From an uncultured delta proteobacterium (GTDB lineage Bacteria; Myxococcota_A; Polyangia; Polyangiales; Polyangiaceae): DNA of 64,000 nucleotides. This document shows positions 1-10,677 of this stretch, piece by piece; within the stretch, counting starts at the first letter, position 1; each line of letters opens with the position of its first letter. Location: contig CAVOKF010000007.1 in assembly GCA_963696385.1 (NCBI GenBank), forward strand, positions 800,001 to 864,000, in the 5' to 3' direction. The notes under the pieces were generated by a model, which saw nothing but the letters and a program-made list of their open reading frames with translations, had not been told where the DNA came from and made no database searches. The translations under genes and the position numbers were made by a program.

Positions 1-1762
1 CCTCGGCGAGCTGATCCTCGTTCATTTGTTCGACTTCGTCGCCCAGCAGGACGAACTGGGTGGCGAGGCCGACTTCGGTGCAGATCTTGCGCGCGACCAG
101 GTCGTTGTCGCCCGTGACGACCTTCACCGAAACGCCGTGGCGTCCGAGCGCCGCCAGGGCGGCGGTCGCGCTTTCCTTCGGAGGATCGAGAAACGCGACA
201 TAACCATTGAGCACCAAATCGCACTCGTCGGCCTTTCCGTAAACCGGCGCATCGGCTCGCGGGTCGAACTCCTTGCTGGCGATGGCGAGGACACGAAAGC
301 CGTCCGAGCTGAGACGCCGGTACTCGGCCTGCAAACCCTCGACGTGCGCGTGATCCATCGGCAGCAGCGTGCCGTCTTGCTCGAACCGCAGGCATTTCGT
401 GAAGATGGCCTCCGGAGCCCCTTTCGACACGATGAGATGCTTGCCGGCCGGCGTTCGGACGACGACCGACATGATCCGTCGCCCGAAGTCGAAGGGAATC
501 TCGTCGACTTTCGAGAAATCCGCGATGCTCTCGTGGGCGTGCGTCTCCTCGTGAGCCAGCACGGCGCGGTCGAGAACGTTCTTCAGCCCGGTCTGAAAGT
601 GACTGTTGAGGTAGGCGAGCCTGAGCACGCGCTCGTCCGGGCGCAAGGCCACGTCGCAGTACCGCTCGAGGATGACGCGGTCCATCGTGAGCGTGCCCGT
701 CTTGTCGGTGCAAAGCACATCCATCGCGCCCAGGTTCTGAATCGAATGGATCCGCTTGACGATGACCTTCTTGCGGCTCATCGCGACGGCGCCCTTCGCC
801 AGGCAAACCGTGACGATCATCGGCATCATCTCGGGGGTCAAGCCGACCGCGACGGCCAAGGAGAAGAAGAATGCGTCGACCCAATTGCCTTTGGTGAGAC
901 CGTTGATGAGAAACACCAGCGGTGCCATCACGGCCATGAAACGCAACATGAGCCAGGTGAAGCTCGCGACACCGCGGTCGAAGGCGGTTTCGGTCGTCTG
1001 CTGTGCGATCGACTGAGCCATCCCTCCGATGAGCGTGTCCTTGCCCGTCGCGACGACGACCGCGACGGCCGAACCGCTCTCGACGCTCGTGCCCATGAAG
1101 GCAATGCTCGTCAGCTCGATCGGCGACTTGGCGGCCCCGTTCGTCTCCGTATCGTGCTTCTCGACGGGGAAGCTTTCGCCCGTCAGCGATCCCTGATTGA
1201 CAAACAGGTCCTTGGCTTGAACGACGCGCACGTCGCCGGGGAACATGTCGCCCGCGGCCAGCTGAACGACATCGCCGGGAACGATCTGCGCCACGTCGAT
1301 CTCACGTGGGGCACCGTCGCGGAGCACGCTGGCGGTCACCGAGATCATCGCCTTCAACTTGGCGGCCGCGGTGTCCGCTCGAGCCTCTTGAACCAGTTTG
1401 AGGCCGACGCTCAAGAAGATCATCAAGGCCATTACCGAGGCCGATCCGGGATCGCCGGTCACGAGCGAAATCGTACCGAGCGCCGCGAGCAGCACGACCA
1501 AAGGATTGATGACCGCGTGCCAGAGGAGTCTGGCGATCCCGACGCGCTGGTCCTTCGCCAGGACGTTCAGACCGTACTCGGCCCGACGCTTGGCGGCTTC
1601 GTCCGCCGTCAGCCCCCCGGGGTTCGTGCGCAGCCGCCCGTAGACGTCGCCCGCGTTCAGCGACGCGGATTCCACCACGAGTGGGGAGACCCGAATCACG
1701 CGCGGCGCATGGCCCTTGCCCGGGTGCGGCACCGGGTGCAAGACAATCGGCGAAACCTTCAA
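1..1762 (-). CDS. mgtA: Mg2+-translocating P-type ATPase (5' part; continues beyond left edge)
   Basis: Manual minus-strand translation (absent from the ORF track) gives LTGESFPVEK, GLTPEMMPMIVT, LCTDKTGTLT (phosphorylation site), EIPFDF, FLDPPK and VTGDN. TTG start at 1762 preceded by GAGG. Confidence 0.9.
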   Translation of the reverse strand, partial: MKVSPIVLHPVPHPGKGHAPRVIRVSPLVVESASLNAGDVYGRLRTNPGGLTADEAAKRRAEYGLNVLAKDQRVGIARLLWHAVINPLVVLLAALGTISLVTGDPGSASVMALMIFLSVGLKLVQEARADTAAAKLKAMISVTASVLRDGAPREIDVAQIVPGDVVQLAAGDMFPGDVRVVQAKDLFVNQGSLTGESFPVEKHDTETNGAAKSPIELTSIAFMGTSVESGSAVAVVVATGKDTLIGGMAQSIAQQTTETAFDRGVASFTWLMLRFMAVMAPLVFLINGLTKGNWVDAFFFSLAVAVGLTPEMMPMIVTVCLAKGAVAMSRKKVIVKRIHSIQNLGAMDVLCTDKTGTLTMDRVILERYCDVALRPDERVLRLAYLNSHFQTGLKNVLDRAVLAHEETHAHESIADFSKVDEIPFDFGRRIMSVVVRTPAGKHLIVSKGAPEAIFTKCLRFEQDGTLLPMDHAHVEGLQAEYRRLSSDGFRVLAIASKEFDPRADAPVYGKADECDLVLNGYVAFLDPPKESATAALAALGRHGVSVKVVTGDNDLVARKICTEVGLATQFVLLGDEVEQMNEDQLAE

Positions 1763-1788
1763 TGGCAGACCTCGGCGGCACCTGCGCG

Positions 1789-2286
1789 CTACGGTGCGGG
1801 CAAGACCGGCGACGGGTCACGCACGACGAGGACGGAGCACGGTGCGTGGTCGACGACTTTCGCCGCAGTCGTGCCGAGCACGTGATCGAGCCCTCGGTAG
1901 CCGTGCGACCCGATGACGACCAGGTCGACGCCGAGGCGCCGGGCGGCGTGGCAAACGGCATCCCAGGGCACTCCCACGACGACCTGGACGCCATCGGACG
2001 CGAGCAAATCGAGTGGGATTCGCGCGACACGCTCTTCGAGGTCCGCCCGCGCGTGGCTGCTCAGGACATCGAGCAGGGGCATATCGGTCGTCTTGTAGAA
2101 GTCCTGAGGCACTTCGGGCGATAGCCCGATGGCGCGGAGCGCCACGATCTGTGCGCCGTGGGCGCGCGCCTGATCGACCGCGGCTTGCAGCACGCCCGCA
2201 GCGCGCGCCGACCCGTCCAAAGCCACCAGGATTCGCTTCACCGGAGATGCGCCGGCGCGCAACGATGAAGGGACGGACTCCGCCAT
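1789..2286 (-). CDS. Universal stress protein (UspA family)
   Basis: KRILVALDGS at the N-terminus and DLVVIGSHG...LGTTAAKVVDHAPCSVLVV at the C-terminus. Confidence 0.92.
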   Translation of the reverse strand: MAESVPSSLRAGASPVKRILVALDGSARAAGVLQAAVDQARAHGAQIVALRAIGLSPEVPQDFYKTTDMPLLDVLSSHARADLEERVARIPLDLLASDGVQVVVGVPWDAVCHAARRLGVDLVVIGSHGYRGLDHVLGTTAAKVVDHAPCSVLVVRDPSPVLPAP

Positions 2287-2447
2287 GGGCTCTCCTCGTG
2301 CGATGCTGGCTGGGCCGGTGCTCGTCGCCGCGGACGCCCGGGCCGCCTAGGCGCGCTGTTTACACCGTACGCCAAGCGCCGACAATGGATGCGACGCGCG
2401 CGAGGGCCGACTCGACACGTCCGCGGAATGGCCCTACACGCGGGCGC

Positions 2448-4951
2448 ATGGACATCCCTACCGCGCCGACGGGCGATTCGAGCGCAGACGGATTTGCCGA
2501 GCTCGCGGAGTTGGCTTTCGACCTGCGGTCCGCGTGGAATCACCGTTCCGACACGCTGTGGGAGCAGCTGGACGCCGAGATCTGGCGTGAGACCGGCAAC
2601 GCGTGGTTGGTGCTGCAAAGCGCCTCGCGCGCACGCGTGCGCGCGCTGTGGGCGACCGCGACCTACCGCGCCCAAGTCGAAGAGCTGCGGGAGCGGCGGC
2701 GGCGTGAGGTGACGGAGGCTCGATGGTTTGCGGGCCAGCCCGGTGCACGCGAACTCGGAGCGGCTGCGTTTTTCAGTCTCGAGTTCGCCGTTTCGGAGGC
2801 ACTGCCCATCTACTCGGGCGGACTCGGAAACGTGGCGGGCGACTACTTGAAGGCGGCGAGCGACCTCGGAGTTCCCCTCGTGGGGGTGGGCCTCCTGTAC
2901 CAGCAGGGCTACTTTCGCCAGGCGATCGACGCGGAAGGTCGGCAGCGCGAATTTTACCCGTTCAACGACACCCGGCAGATGCCCGTGGTCCCCGTCCGGG
3001 ATGCCAAGGGCGACTGGATCCGCGTTCGCCTGCCGAGACCGGGCCCGCCGGTGTGGCTGCGCGCCTGGGGAGCCCGCGTGGGGTACGTCGGGCTCTACTT
3101 GCTCGACAGCAACGATCCGCTCAACGCGCCGGCCGATCGCGGAATCACGTCTCAGCTCTACGGGGGGACTCCGAGGTCCGGTTGCTCCAAGAAATGGTGC
3201 TCGGCATCGGCGGATGGCGTCTGCTGCGCGCCCTCGGAAACAAGCCCGAAGTCTGCCACCTGAACGAGGGTCACGCGGCGTTCGTCGCGCTCGAACGCGC
3301 GCGCGACTTCATGCGCGACAGCGGCCAGCCATTCCCGGTGGCTTGGGCCGCGACTCGCGCCGGCAACGTTTTCACGACGCACACGCCCGTCGAGCCCGGG
3401 TTCGATCGCTTCCAGCCCGACCTGGTAGCCGGGCTTCTCGGCGCCTACGCGCGCGACGAACTCGGCATATCGATCGATGATCTGTTGGCGCTCGGCCGGG
3501 CTCGGCCGGGCGATTCGCGGGAACCGCTCAACATGGCGTGGTCGGCGACGCGGGGCAGCGGCGCCGTCAACGCGGTCAGCCGCCGCCACGGCGAAGTGAG
3601 CCGTGCGATTTTCCAGCCGCTCTTTCCGCGCTGGCCTCGAAGCGAAGTTCCCGTCGGGTACGTAACCAACGGGGTGCATACCGCGAGCTGGGATTCCGCT
3701 TCCGCAGACGCGCTCTGGACCGAAACGTGTGGACGCGATCGTTTTCGCGGAGACATGACCGAGGCGAAAAAGGTCGCCGCGGCCTCCGACGCCGCTCTCT
3801 GGGCAGCCCGCGCCAAAGCGCGCCTCGATCTCGTGACGTTCGCGCGCGACCGGGTAGCGCTGCAACTCGCGGCGTCCGGAGCCCAGGACGAAGTGCTCGG
3901 TGCGGCCTCCCGCGTGCTGGATCCCGACACATTCACGATCGGATTTGCGCGTCGATTCACCTCCTACAAGCGACCGACACTTCTGTTGAACGACCCCGAG
4001 CGGCTGGCGCGCATCTTGCGAAACCCCGCGCGACCCGTACAGATCGTGGTTGCGGGCAAGGCGCATCCCCAGGACGAAGAGGGCAAAGCGCTCCTGCAAA
4101 CCTGGGTGCACTTCGTTCGGCGTCCGGACATTCGGCCCCATGCCGTCTTCTTGGCCGACTACGATCTACGGCTCGCCGAGCGACTCGTTCAGGGTGTGGA
4201 CCTTTGGGTCAACACGCCACGGCCGCCCTGGGAGGCGTGCGGAACGAGTGGAATGAAGGTGCTGGTCAACGGCGGCGTGAACCTCTCCGCACTCGACGGC
4301 TGGTGGGCGGAAGCCTACCGGCCGGAGGTGGGCTGGGCGCTTGCCGGCGACGGATCCGACGACCGCACCGACGCGGCGAACCTGTACGATCTGCTCGAGC
4401 GCGAGATCATTCCGGCCTTCTACACGCGCGACGCATCCGGCTTGCCGCAAGCGTGGCTCACGCGCATGCGTGCCAGCATGGCGGAGCTGACGGCCACCTA
4501 TTCGGCCAATCGCGCACTGCGCGAGTACACCGAGCGCTATTACGTGCCGGCCGCCCGCGCGTTTGCCCAGCGAGCGGCCGAAGGGGGCAAAGCCGGCGCG
4601 CAGATCGTCTCGTGGGAGAACGATGCGAAGGATCACTGGTCCGCACTGCGGTTCGGCGAAGTGCGGGTTCGAACCGACGGCGGGCAGCACTTCTTTTCCG
4701 CGACGGTCTACCTCGACGATATCGACCCCGACACGGTGGCCGTCGAGTTGTACGCCGATGGTGACGGCACCCACGGCGCAAGTCGCGTGGTGATGCGCCG
4801 GGACGCACCCCTCGTGGGCGCTCGCGGGTACGTCTACGTCGCCGAGGCATCCGACGCGCGCGCCGCGGGCGATTACACCGCGCGCATCGTGCCATCTCAT
4901 CGCTTGGCAAACGTTCCGTTGGAGCTGCCGCTCGTGACGTGGGCCCGCTGA
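2448..4951 (+). CDS. glgP: Alpha-glucan (glycogen/maltodextrin) phosphorylase, split by a frameshift at about 3162-3167
   Basis: First frame has YSGGLGNVAGD and GYFRQ. Second frame has HLNEGH, FARRFTSYKR, AGKAHP and EACGTSGMK (PLP Lys). Adding one G to the G6 run joins them as YGGDSEVRLLQE. Confidence 0.9.
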
Positions 4952-5004
4952 CGGTCGGCGAGAGCAGAGCCGAGCGAAGCGAGTCGCTCTCCGGCTGGGG
5001 GCTC

Positions 5005-5025
5005 GAGGGGAGGGGCGCTCCCCTC
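5005..5025. terminator. GC hairpin between convergent genes (possible bidirectional terminator or REP-like element)
   Basis: GAGGGGAG-GGGCG-CTCCCCTC, perfect 8-bp stem. Confidence 0.5.
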
Positions 5026-5566
5026 AATCCTGCAGTTTCTCTTTCAAGAGGCGAGTGCCGTCCTTGGACCAGCCTTGCAAGAGCAAGTATTGCAAGCCGA
5101 ACGGCCACCGAAGACGCGCGTACACGTTGAACAGGTAGGCCGGGGCCCCCGCAATCGGGATCGTGGCGAGCGCGCGGCAAGCGCCGCCCGGGGCGTGCGA
5201 CGTTTCCACGAGGATCGGCCGGCTGGGCACAGCTCGCAACACGAGGCGAATGCTGCCGCCCTCGGCGTTGCGCGCCACGACGACCTGGCTCTCGATCCCG
5301 TAGGCGTCGAGCTCGCGCGAAAGCAGCGGCTCGGTTCGCGCCGGCCCCTTCTCGAACATCCGCCAGTACGCAACGATCGGATTGTCCGCGGCGGGCACGC
5401 AATCCGCGTCCACGCGAACGGCGTATTGCACCTGGTTCTTGTTCTCGCTCTTGGCGATCGTAAATACCGAAACGACGGACGGCGCGGCGCTGCGCGAATC
5501 GGCCAAGGCCGCGCCATGGTGCGCGACGACCAGCACGGCCAGGGTTGCAATCCGCTTCGGCCCCAT
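5024..5566 (-). CDS. Exported protein, DUF4833-like
   Basis: Signal peptide; FTIAKSENKNQVQYAV...YWRM...LLSRELDAYGI pattern. Confidence 0.65.
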   Translation of the reverse strand: MGPKRIATLAVLVVAHHGAALADSRSAAPSVVSVFTIAKSENKNQVQYAVRVDADCVPAADNPIVAYWRMFEKGPARTEPLLSRELDAYGIESQVVVARNAEGGSIRLVLRAVPSRPILVETSHAPGGACRALATIPIAGAPAYLFNVYARLRWPFGLQYLLLQGWSKDGTRLLKEKLQD

Positions 5567-5719
5567 AGCAATCCAGCCCGGGGCCACACGCTACAACGGA
5601 GTGCGCGCCAGCGCCTCGTCGGGTTGAATGTCTTCGGAGCCGTCATGGCGAGCGGACGCTCGCGATCGCCAGAAGGCATGCGAAAGGCGCGCCCAACCGC
5701 CGCGCGCCAGCCGAACCGA

Positions 5720-6049
5720 TCAGACCACGGCGTCTTTGATCGCCTTGACGGGCCTGGCACGCACCCCTTTGCTCGCCGGCTTGGCGGCGAACTTCTGCTT
5801 CTCTTTGGTGAAGGGATTGATCCCCTCGCGAGCGGGCCGCGCAGGCTTCTTCACCACCACGAATTTGGCGAACCCGGGCAGCACAAAGATGCCGTTTTTC
5901 TTCAGCTCTCGATGGCCCAGATCCACCAGGGTCTCGACGACCTGCTTGACCTGCTTGCGGGAAATCTCTTCCCCAACGGCCTCGGTCACTGCTTCGAGGA
6001 TCGCGCTCTTCGAGAGCGGCTTGTTGCTCTTCTTCTTCGCCGTCGCCAT
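5720..6049 (-). CDS. HU/IHF-family histone-like DNA-binding protein
   Basis: 109 aa, Lys-rich; LPGFAKF...ARPAREGINPFT arm motif. ATG at 6049. Confidence 0.92.
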   Translation of the reverse strand: MATAKKKSNKPLSKSAILEAVTEAVGEEISRKQVKQVVETLVDLGHRELKKNGIFVLPGFAKFVVVKKPARPAREGINPFTKEKQKFAAKPASKGVRARPVKAIKDAVV

Positions 6050-6327
6050 GTTCGAAATCTCCTCTGCTCTTGGCATGCTTACGGCCGTACGCCTCAGAAA
6101 GGCAAACTTTCGCTCAGATTTCGCTTCGGACCGCGCCTGAGGCGTGGCGTGGCCCGCCAGGGCGTGACCGTGAGGACCCCATGGGCGTTCGGTCTCGGTG
6201 GGACACGTCGCAGCGTCGCGGTGGCGCAGGTGCCGTAGCCGACGTGGCAGTAGCCGAAGCGAACCCATCCAGCACAAGGGAGATCGCCTATGCCGTTTCG
6301 CGGCACTCGCGGTAGGGTCTCGGCAGA

Positions 6328-9300
6328 ATGGCACGTTCGCCGTTGCCGCCGCGTCCGGGTGCCGGAGGGATCTTCGTCGGCGCTGCCTTTGGCCTGGCCG
6401 CCGTCGTCGTGCTCTTTGGGGGCGCATTCGGCGCGTATCTCTCGGCCGCTGGCTGGGTGGATCACACGCTTCAAGTTCGCCAGGGGGTCGCGGAATGGAT
6501 GGCGGCGGCCCGCGACGCCGAAAGCGACGCGCGGGACTACGCCGCCACGGATCAGCCCGTTTTTCGCGAGCACTACGAGGCCGCACTGGCCCGGGAGAGA
6601 GCGACCGAGAGCCACGTCATCGGTCTCCTCGCGGACAATCCTGCGCAAGCTCGAAACGTCGAAGCGACCGACCGAGAAGCTCGGGCCGCCGTCGATGATT
6701 TACGCGACGTGGTCGCGCTGGCCACCGCGGGACATCGCGATCAAGCGCTCGCTCGGTTCGGATCGAGCGAGCGCAAGGACCGAATGGATCAGTTTCGCAC
6801 GGATGCGCGCGGCATTCGTTCCGAGGAAGAACGGCTGCTTGTCGAGCGGCGCGCAAGTGCCAAACGACGGGGAGGGATCGCGCTCGTCGCTGCCATCGGA
6901 CTGGCTCTGTCGTCCTGTGGGCTTTTGGGCCTCGCGTGGAGGCGCGAGGGGTTGCATCGCCGGTTCGTCGCCAATCTTGCCACCGAGGCTCAAGAGCGGC
7001 TCGCGGCCCTGTCCGATCTTGCGGCGGCCCTCTCGGACGCGCGCACTCGTCCGCAAGTTGCGGGGGTGATCGTCGATCATGGAATGCGTGCGGCCGGCGC
7101 CGACACGTGCACCCTTTACGAACTCGACGAAGCCGGCGAGGTGCTGGAGCTCATCGGCCACCGTGGAGTCGCGCCCGATGTGCTCACCCAGGTCCGCCGC
7201 ATCACTGAGACGGCGGGTGCGCCCGCGACGTTCGCGACCATGAGGGCCGGCCACGCCACGTGGGCCGAGTGCGAAGCCGACTACGCCCATCTGCATCCCG
7301 CGCTCGCGACGATGAAGACCGAGGGCCGCAGAGCCAAGGCGTTCTGGAGCGTGCCTCTCGTCGCCGAAGGGCGGACGCTGGGTCTTCTGGGCGTCGGCTT
7401 CTATGAGCCCCGGCGGTTCTCCGACAACGAGAAGGGGTTCGTCGAGACGCTCACCCGGCACTGCGCGCAAGCCTTCTTGCGCGCACTTCGACTCGAGCGG
7501 ATCGACGAGGCCAGGCAATGGTTTGCCACCACGCTGCGAAGCATCGGCGATGCCGTGATCGCCACCGACGCCGAGGGGCGCGTAGCGTTCCTCAATCCTG
7601 TGGCGGAGATGCTGACGGGCTGGACCGAAACGGATGCTCGAGGGCGCCCCCTCGACGAGGTGTTTTGCATTTTTTCCGAGCCGACAAGCGCCGTCGTGGA
7701 AAACCCCGTGACCAAGGTGCTGCGAGAGGGGACCGTGGTAGGACTCGCGAATCACGCGATCCTGAGGTCGCGGCGCGGAATCGACGTCCCCATCGCCGAC
7801 AGCGGCGCGCCCATCCGCAGCGAAGGCGGGCGCATACTCGGGGTCGTGCTCGTGTTTCGCGACGTCACGCGCGAGAAGCGTGACCGCACGCGAAGCGAGT
7901 TTCTTGCAAAGGCGGGCGAGGCGCTCGCCGCGTCGATGGACTATCCCTCCACCCTGGCCGCAGTCGCTCGCCTCGCGGTCCCCATCCTGGCCGATGGGTG
8001 TGCCGTCTACCTGCAAGAGCCGGGGACGAAGACTTTGCGACAGGTGGCCGTCGCGCACGCGGACCCAGACAAAGCGCGCTTCGCTCGCGAACTCGGAGAA
8101 CGCTACCCGCCCGATCCCAACGCGTCGATCGGTGTGGGGCACGTGATGCGCACGGGCGAGGCAGAGCTTCATCCGGAGATCCCGCGAGCCCTTCTCGAGG
8201 CCACGGTACGGGACGCCGAGCAGCTGCGAATCCTTTGCGACCTGCAGCTGAAGTCCGCCATCGTCGTGCCCTTGCGGGCTCGTCGCCCCCCGCTGGGTGC
8301 GATCGCATTGGTCCACGCGGAGTCAGGGCGGCGCTACGAGGAAAGCGACCTTGCCTTCGCCCAGGACTTCGCGCACCGCGCCGCCATGGCGATCGAAAGC
8401 GCCTTGTTTCTCAAGGAGACCGAAGAGGCGCGCGCTCAGGAGCGCGTCCTGCGCGGCGAGGCGGAGCTCGCCAGTCGCGCAAAAGACGAGTTTCTTGCCA
8501 CCGTGTCGCACGAGTTGCGAACCCCGCTCAATGCCATCCTCGGCTGGACGACGACGCTCCGCCGACGAGGCCTGTCCGACGACGTGGATCGCGCCTTGTC
8601 CATCGTCGAAAGGAATGCACGTCTGCAAACGAAGCTCATCGAAGACGTGCTCGACATTTCGCGCATCATCAGCGGAAAGCTCGCACTGAGCCTCGGCCCC
8701 ACGAACGTGGCCGAGGCGGTCTCGGCGGCGCTGGAAACGGTCACCCCGGCCGCAGAAGCCAAGGGCATCATGACGTCGGTGGACGTGCCCGACGCGACTC
8801 TGACGATCACGGCCGACGGCGATCGCCTGCAGCAAATCGTCTGGAATCTTTTGTCCAATGCCGTGAAGTTCACGCCGAAAAGCGGTCACGTCGCGATCGC
8901 CGCGTACCGCGATGGCTCGGATGTCTGCATACGCGTGAGCGACAGCGGGGAGGGCATCCGTCCCGACGTGCTGCCTGTCGTGTTCGAGCCCTTCAAGCAA
9001 GCGGACGCGTCGACGACGCGGCGTCACGGCGGGCTCGGGTTGGGGCTTGCCATCGTCAAGCGGCTCGTGTCGGCCCACGGCGGGATCGTGCACGCCGAAA
9101 GCGAGGGCGACGGCAAAGGGGCCACGTTCATCGTACGCCTTCCGGCGCGATCGGCGGTGCCCGCCATCAGCCGCGGGGCGCGCGGGTCCACGACGATCCA
9201 AACGGCGGCGACCCCGATTGAAGATGCGCCGAGACTCGATGGCCTGCGGCTGCTCGTCGTGGACGACGAGGAAGACGCGCTGGGACTCGTGAGCGAGGTC

Positions 9301-9624
9301 CTTCGCGAACAGGGAGCTGACGTGCACGTCGCCGGATCGGCATGCGAAGCTCTGGAGAAGTTCGCGAGAGTGAGGCCCGACGTCGTCGTGAGCGACATCG
9401 GAATGCCCGAGGCCGACGGCCTCTCTTTGATCCGGAAGATACGAGCGCGGCCACCCGACCAAGGCGGGCGCACGCCGGCCGTGGCGCTCACGGCCTACGC
9501 GCGGGCGGAGGACGCCCAGCGCGCCTTTGCGGCCGGGTACCAAATGCACGTCACGAAGCCGGTCGAGCCCATGCAGCTCGCGACCATCGTGGCAAGCCTA
9601 GGCGGCCGCACCCTCGACGCATGA
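6328..9624 (+). CDS. Hybrid sensor histidine kinase (CHASE3-GAF-PAS-GAF-HisKA-HATPase-REC)
   Basis: WVDHTLQV between two TM helices; SIGDAVIATD PAS; FLATVSHELRTPL H-box; NLLSNAVKFT; GLGLGL; LVVDDE...SDIGMP receiver. Confidence 0.95.
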   Translation: MARSPLPPRPGAGGIFVGAAFGLAAVVVLFGGAFGAYLSAAGWVDHTLQVRQGVAEWMAAARDAESDARDYAATDQPVFREHYEAALARERATESHVIGLLADNPAQARNVEATDREARAAVDDLRDVVALATAGHRDQALARFGSSERKDRMDQFRTDARGIRSEEERLLVERRASAKRRGGIALVAAIGLALSSCGLLGLAWRREGLHRRFVANLATEAQERLAALSDLAAALSDARTRPQVAGVIVDHGMRAAGADTCTLYELDEAGEVLELIGHRGVAPDVLTQVRRITETAGAPATFATMRAGHATWAECEADYAHLHPALATMKTEGRRAKAFWSVPLVAEGRTLGLLGVGFYEPRRFSDNEKGFVETLTRHCAQAFLRALRLERIDEARQWFATTLRSIGDAVIATDAEGRVAFLNPVAEMLTGWTETDARGRPLDEVFCIFSEPTSAVVENPVTKVLREGTVVGLANHAILRSRRGIDVPIADSGAPIRSEGGRILGVVLVFRDVTREKRDRTRSEFLAKAGEALAASMDYPSTLAAVARLAVPILADGCAVYLQEPGTKTLRQVAVAHADPDKARFARELGERYPPDPNASIGVGHVMRTGEAELHPEIPRALLEATVRDAEQLRILCDLQLKSAIVVPLRARRPPLGAIALVHAESGRRYEESDLAFAQDFAHRAAMAIESALFLKETEEARAQERVLRGEAELASRAKDEFLATVSHELRTPLNAILGWTTTLRRRGLSDDVDRALSIVERNARLQTKLIEDVLDISRIISGKLALSLGPTNVAEAVSAALETVTPAAEAKGIMTSVDVPDATLTITADGDRLQQIVWNLLSNAVKFTPKSGHVAIAAYRDGSDVCIRVSDSGEGIRPDVLPVVFEPFKQADASTTRRHGGLGLGLAIVKRLVSAHGGIVHAESEGDGKGATFIVRLPARSAVPAISRGARGSTTIQTAATPIEDAPRLDGLRLLVVDDEEDALGLVSEVLREQGADVHVAGSACEALEKFARVRPDVVVSDIGMPEADGLSLIRKIRARPPDQGGRTPAVALTAYARAEDAQRAFAAGYQMHVTKPVEPMQLATIVASLGGRTLDA

Positions 9625-9669
9625 TCGGCCATATGCGCCGAAATGCACGACGCCGACCGCCGACGCGGC

Positions 9670-10668
9670 TCACCTTCTTCGGAATCGCCGATCCATGAAG
9701 TTGGCGTCGGCGGGGCTCGGCATGCCGTCTACGCCGCCGAGAGTTCCCTGGGGGACGCCTAGGGTGTGGTCGGTCGGCCTGAAGAGAAAGTATCCACCGA
9801 CCGCTGCGCCCGCTGCAAGCGCAGCGCCCCCAGCGACCCAGGGCCAGATCACGCCACCCTTCTTTTCGCTCACGAGGGTGATCTCGAGCGTGCGCGTCTC
9901 GCGTTCGCGCAGATCGATGTCCGCTTCGTAGGCCACTTTCCCGGGCGCGGTGACCGTCACTTGGTGATGCCCGGCATCGAGCTTGCCATCGAACCTGCCG
10001 GTCGCCGAGGTGCGACCGTCGATGACGATGGTCGCGCCGGAGTCGGCCACGATCGACAGCTGTCCGGTGTGCACTTCCGGCACGAGAGTGAGCGTGGTGG
10101 TCGACGACGAACCTCCGGTCATTTCAACCGTCGCAGAGGCCACCTCGAAGCCGGCCTTCTGAACGGAGACAGTGTGCTTGCCGAGGTCGACCACCAGGGG
10201 TCCGTCGAGCGGTGAGGTGCCCGCGACTTCCCCGTCGATCTTGACCGTGGCCCCGGCAACGTTGGTCACGATCGTCAGCGCACCCACCAGATTGGCGGTG
10301 GCGGCCAATGCCGCGTCCGCCGAGGCCTTGCCCTCGGCGCTGATGCCGGCACCCGCCTCGCGCTCGTACTGCTGCAGGTACTTTTGCATACGGGCGTACG
10401 CGCGGAGGTTCTTTTCGCAAATAGCGATATTGAAGAGCAATCGAGGGTCGCCCGACAGCTGGTGGGCCTGATCGTACTTGGCGGCGGCGCCCGTGAAATC
10501 GCCATTGTGAAATAGCAAAGTGGCCGACGCGTAGGCCTCTTTCGCAGGTCCACTGAGGGCCTGGGCAAGCGGAACGTCATGGCGGGGCAAAGTCGCTTGC
10601 GCCGACGCGACGTCGGGGACAAGCAGCAGCGCTCCGCATAGGCACAAATACCGGAAACGGTTCGGCAT
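9670..10668 (-). CDS. TPR + PEGA domain protein
   Basis: Signal peptide, TPR-like helices (LLFNIAICE), two PEGA-like repeats (GATVKIDG...LGKHTVSV) and a C-terminal hydrophobic segment. Confidence 0.8.
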   Translation of the reverse strand: MPNRFRYLCLCGALLLVPDVASAQATLPRHDVPLAQALSGPAKEAYASATLLFHNGDFTGAAAKYDQAHQLSGDPRLLFNIAICEKNLRAYARMQKYLQQYEREAGAGISAEGKASADAALAATANLVGALTIVTNVAGATVKIDGEVAGTSPLDGPLVVDLGKHTVSVQKAGFEVASATVEMTGGSSSTTTLTLVPEVHTGQLSIVADSGATIVIDGRTSATGRFDGKLDAGHHQVTVTAPGKVAYEADIDLRERETRTLEITLVSEKKGGVIWPWVAGGAALAAGAAVGGYFLFRPTDHTLGVPQGTLGGVDGMPSPADANFMDRRFRRR

Positions 10669-10677
10669 GGCGCACAC

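Noticed and set aside
26..1885. 619-aa plus-strand ORF
   Set aside because: Antisense shadow of mgtA; the P-type ATPase motifs are on the minus strand.
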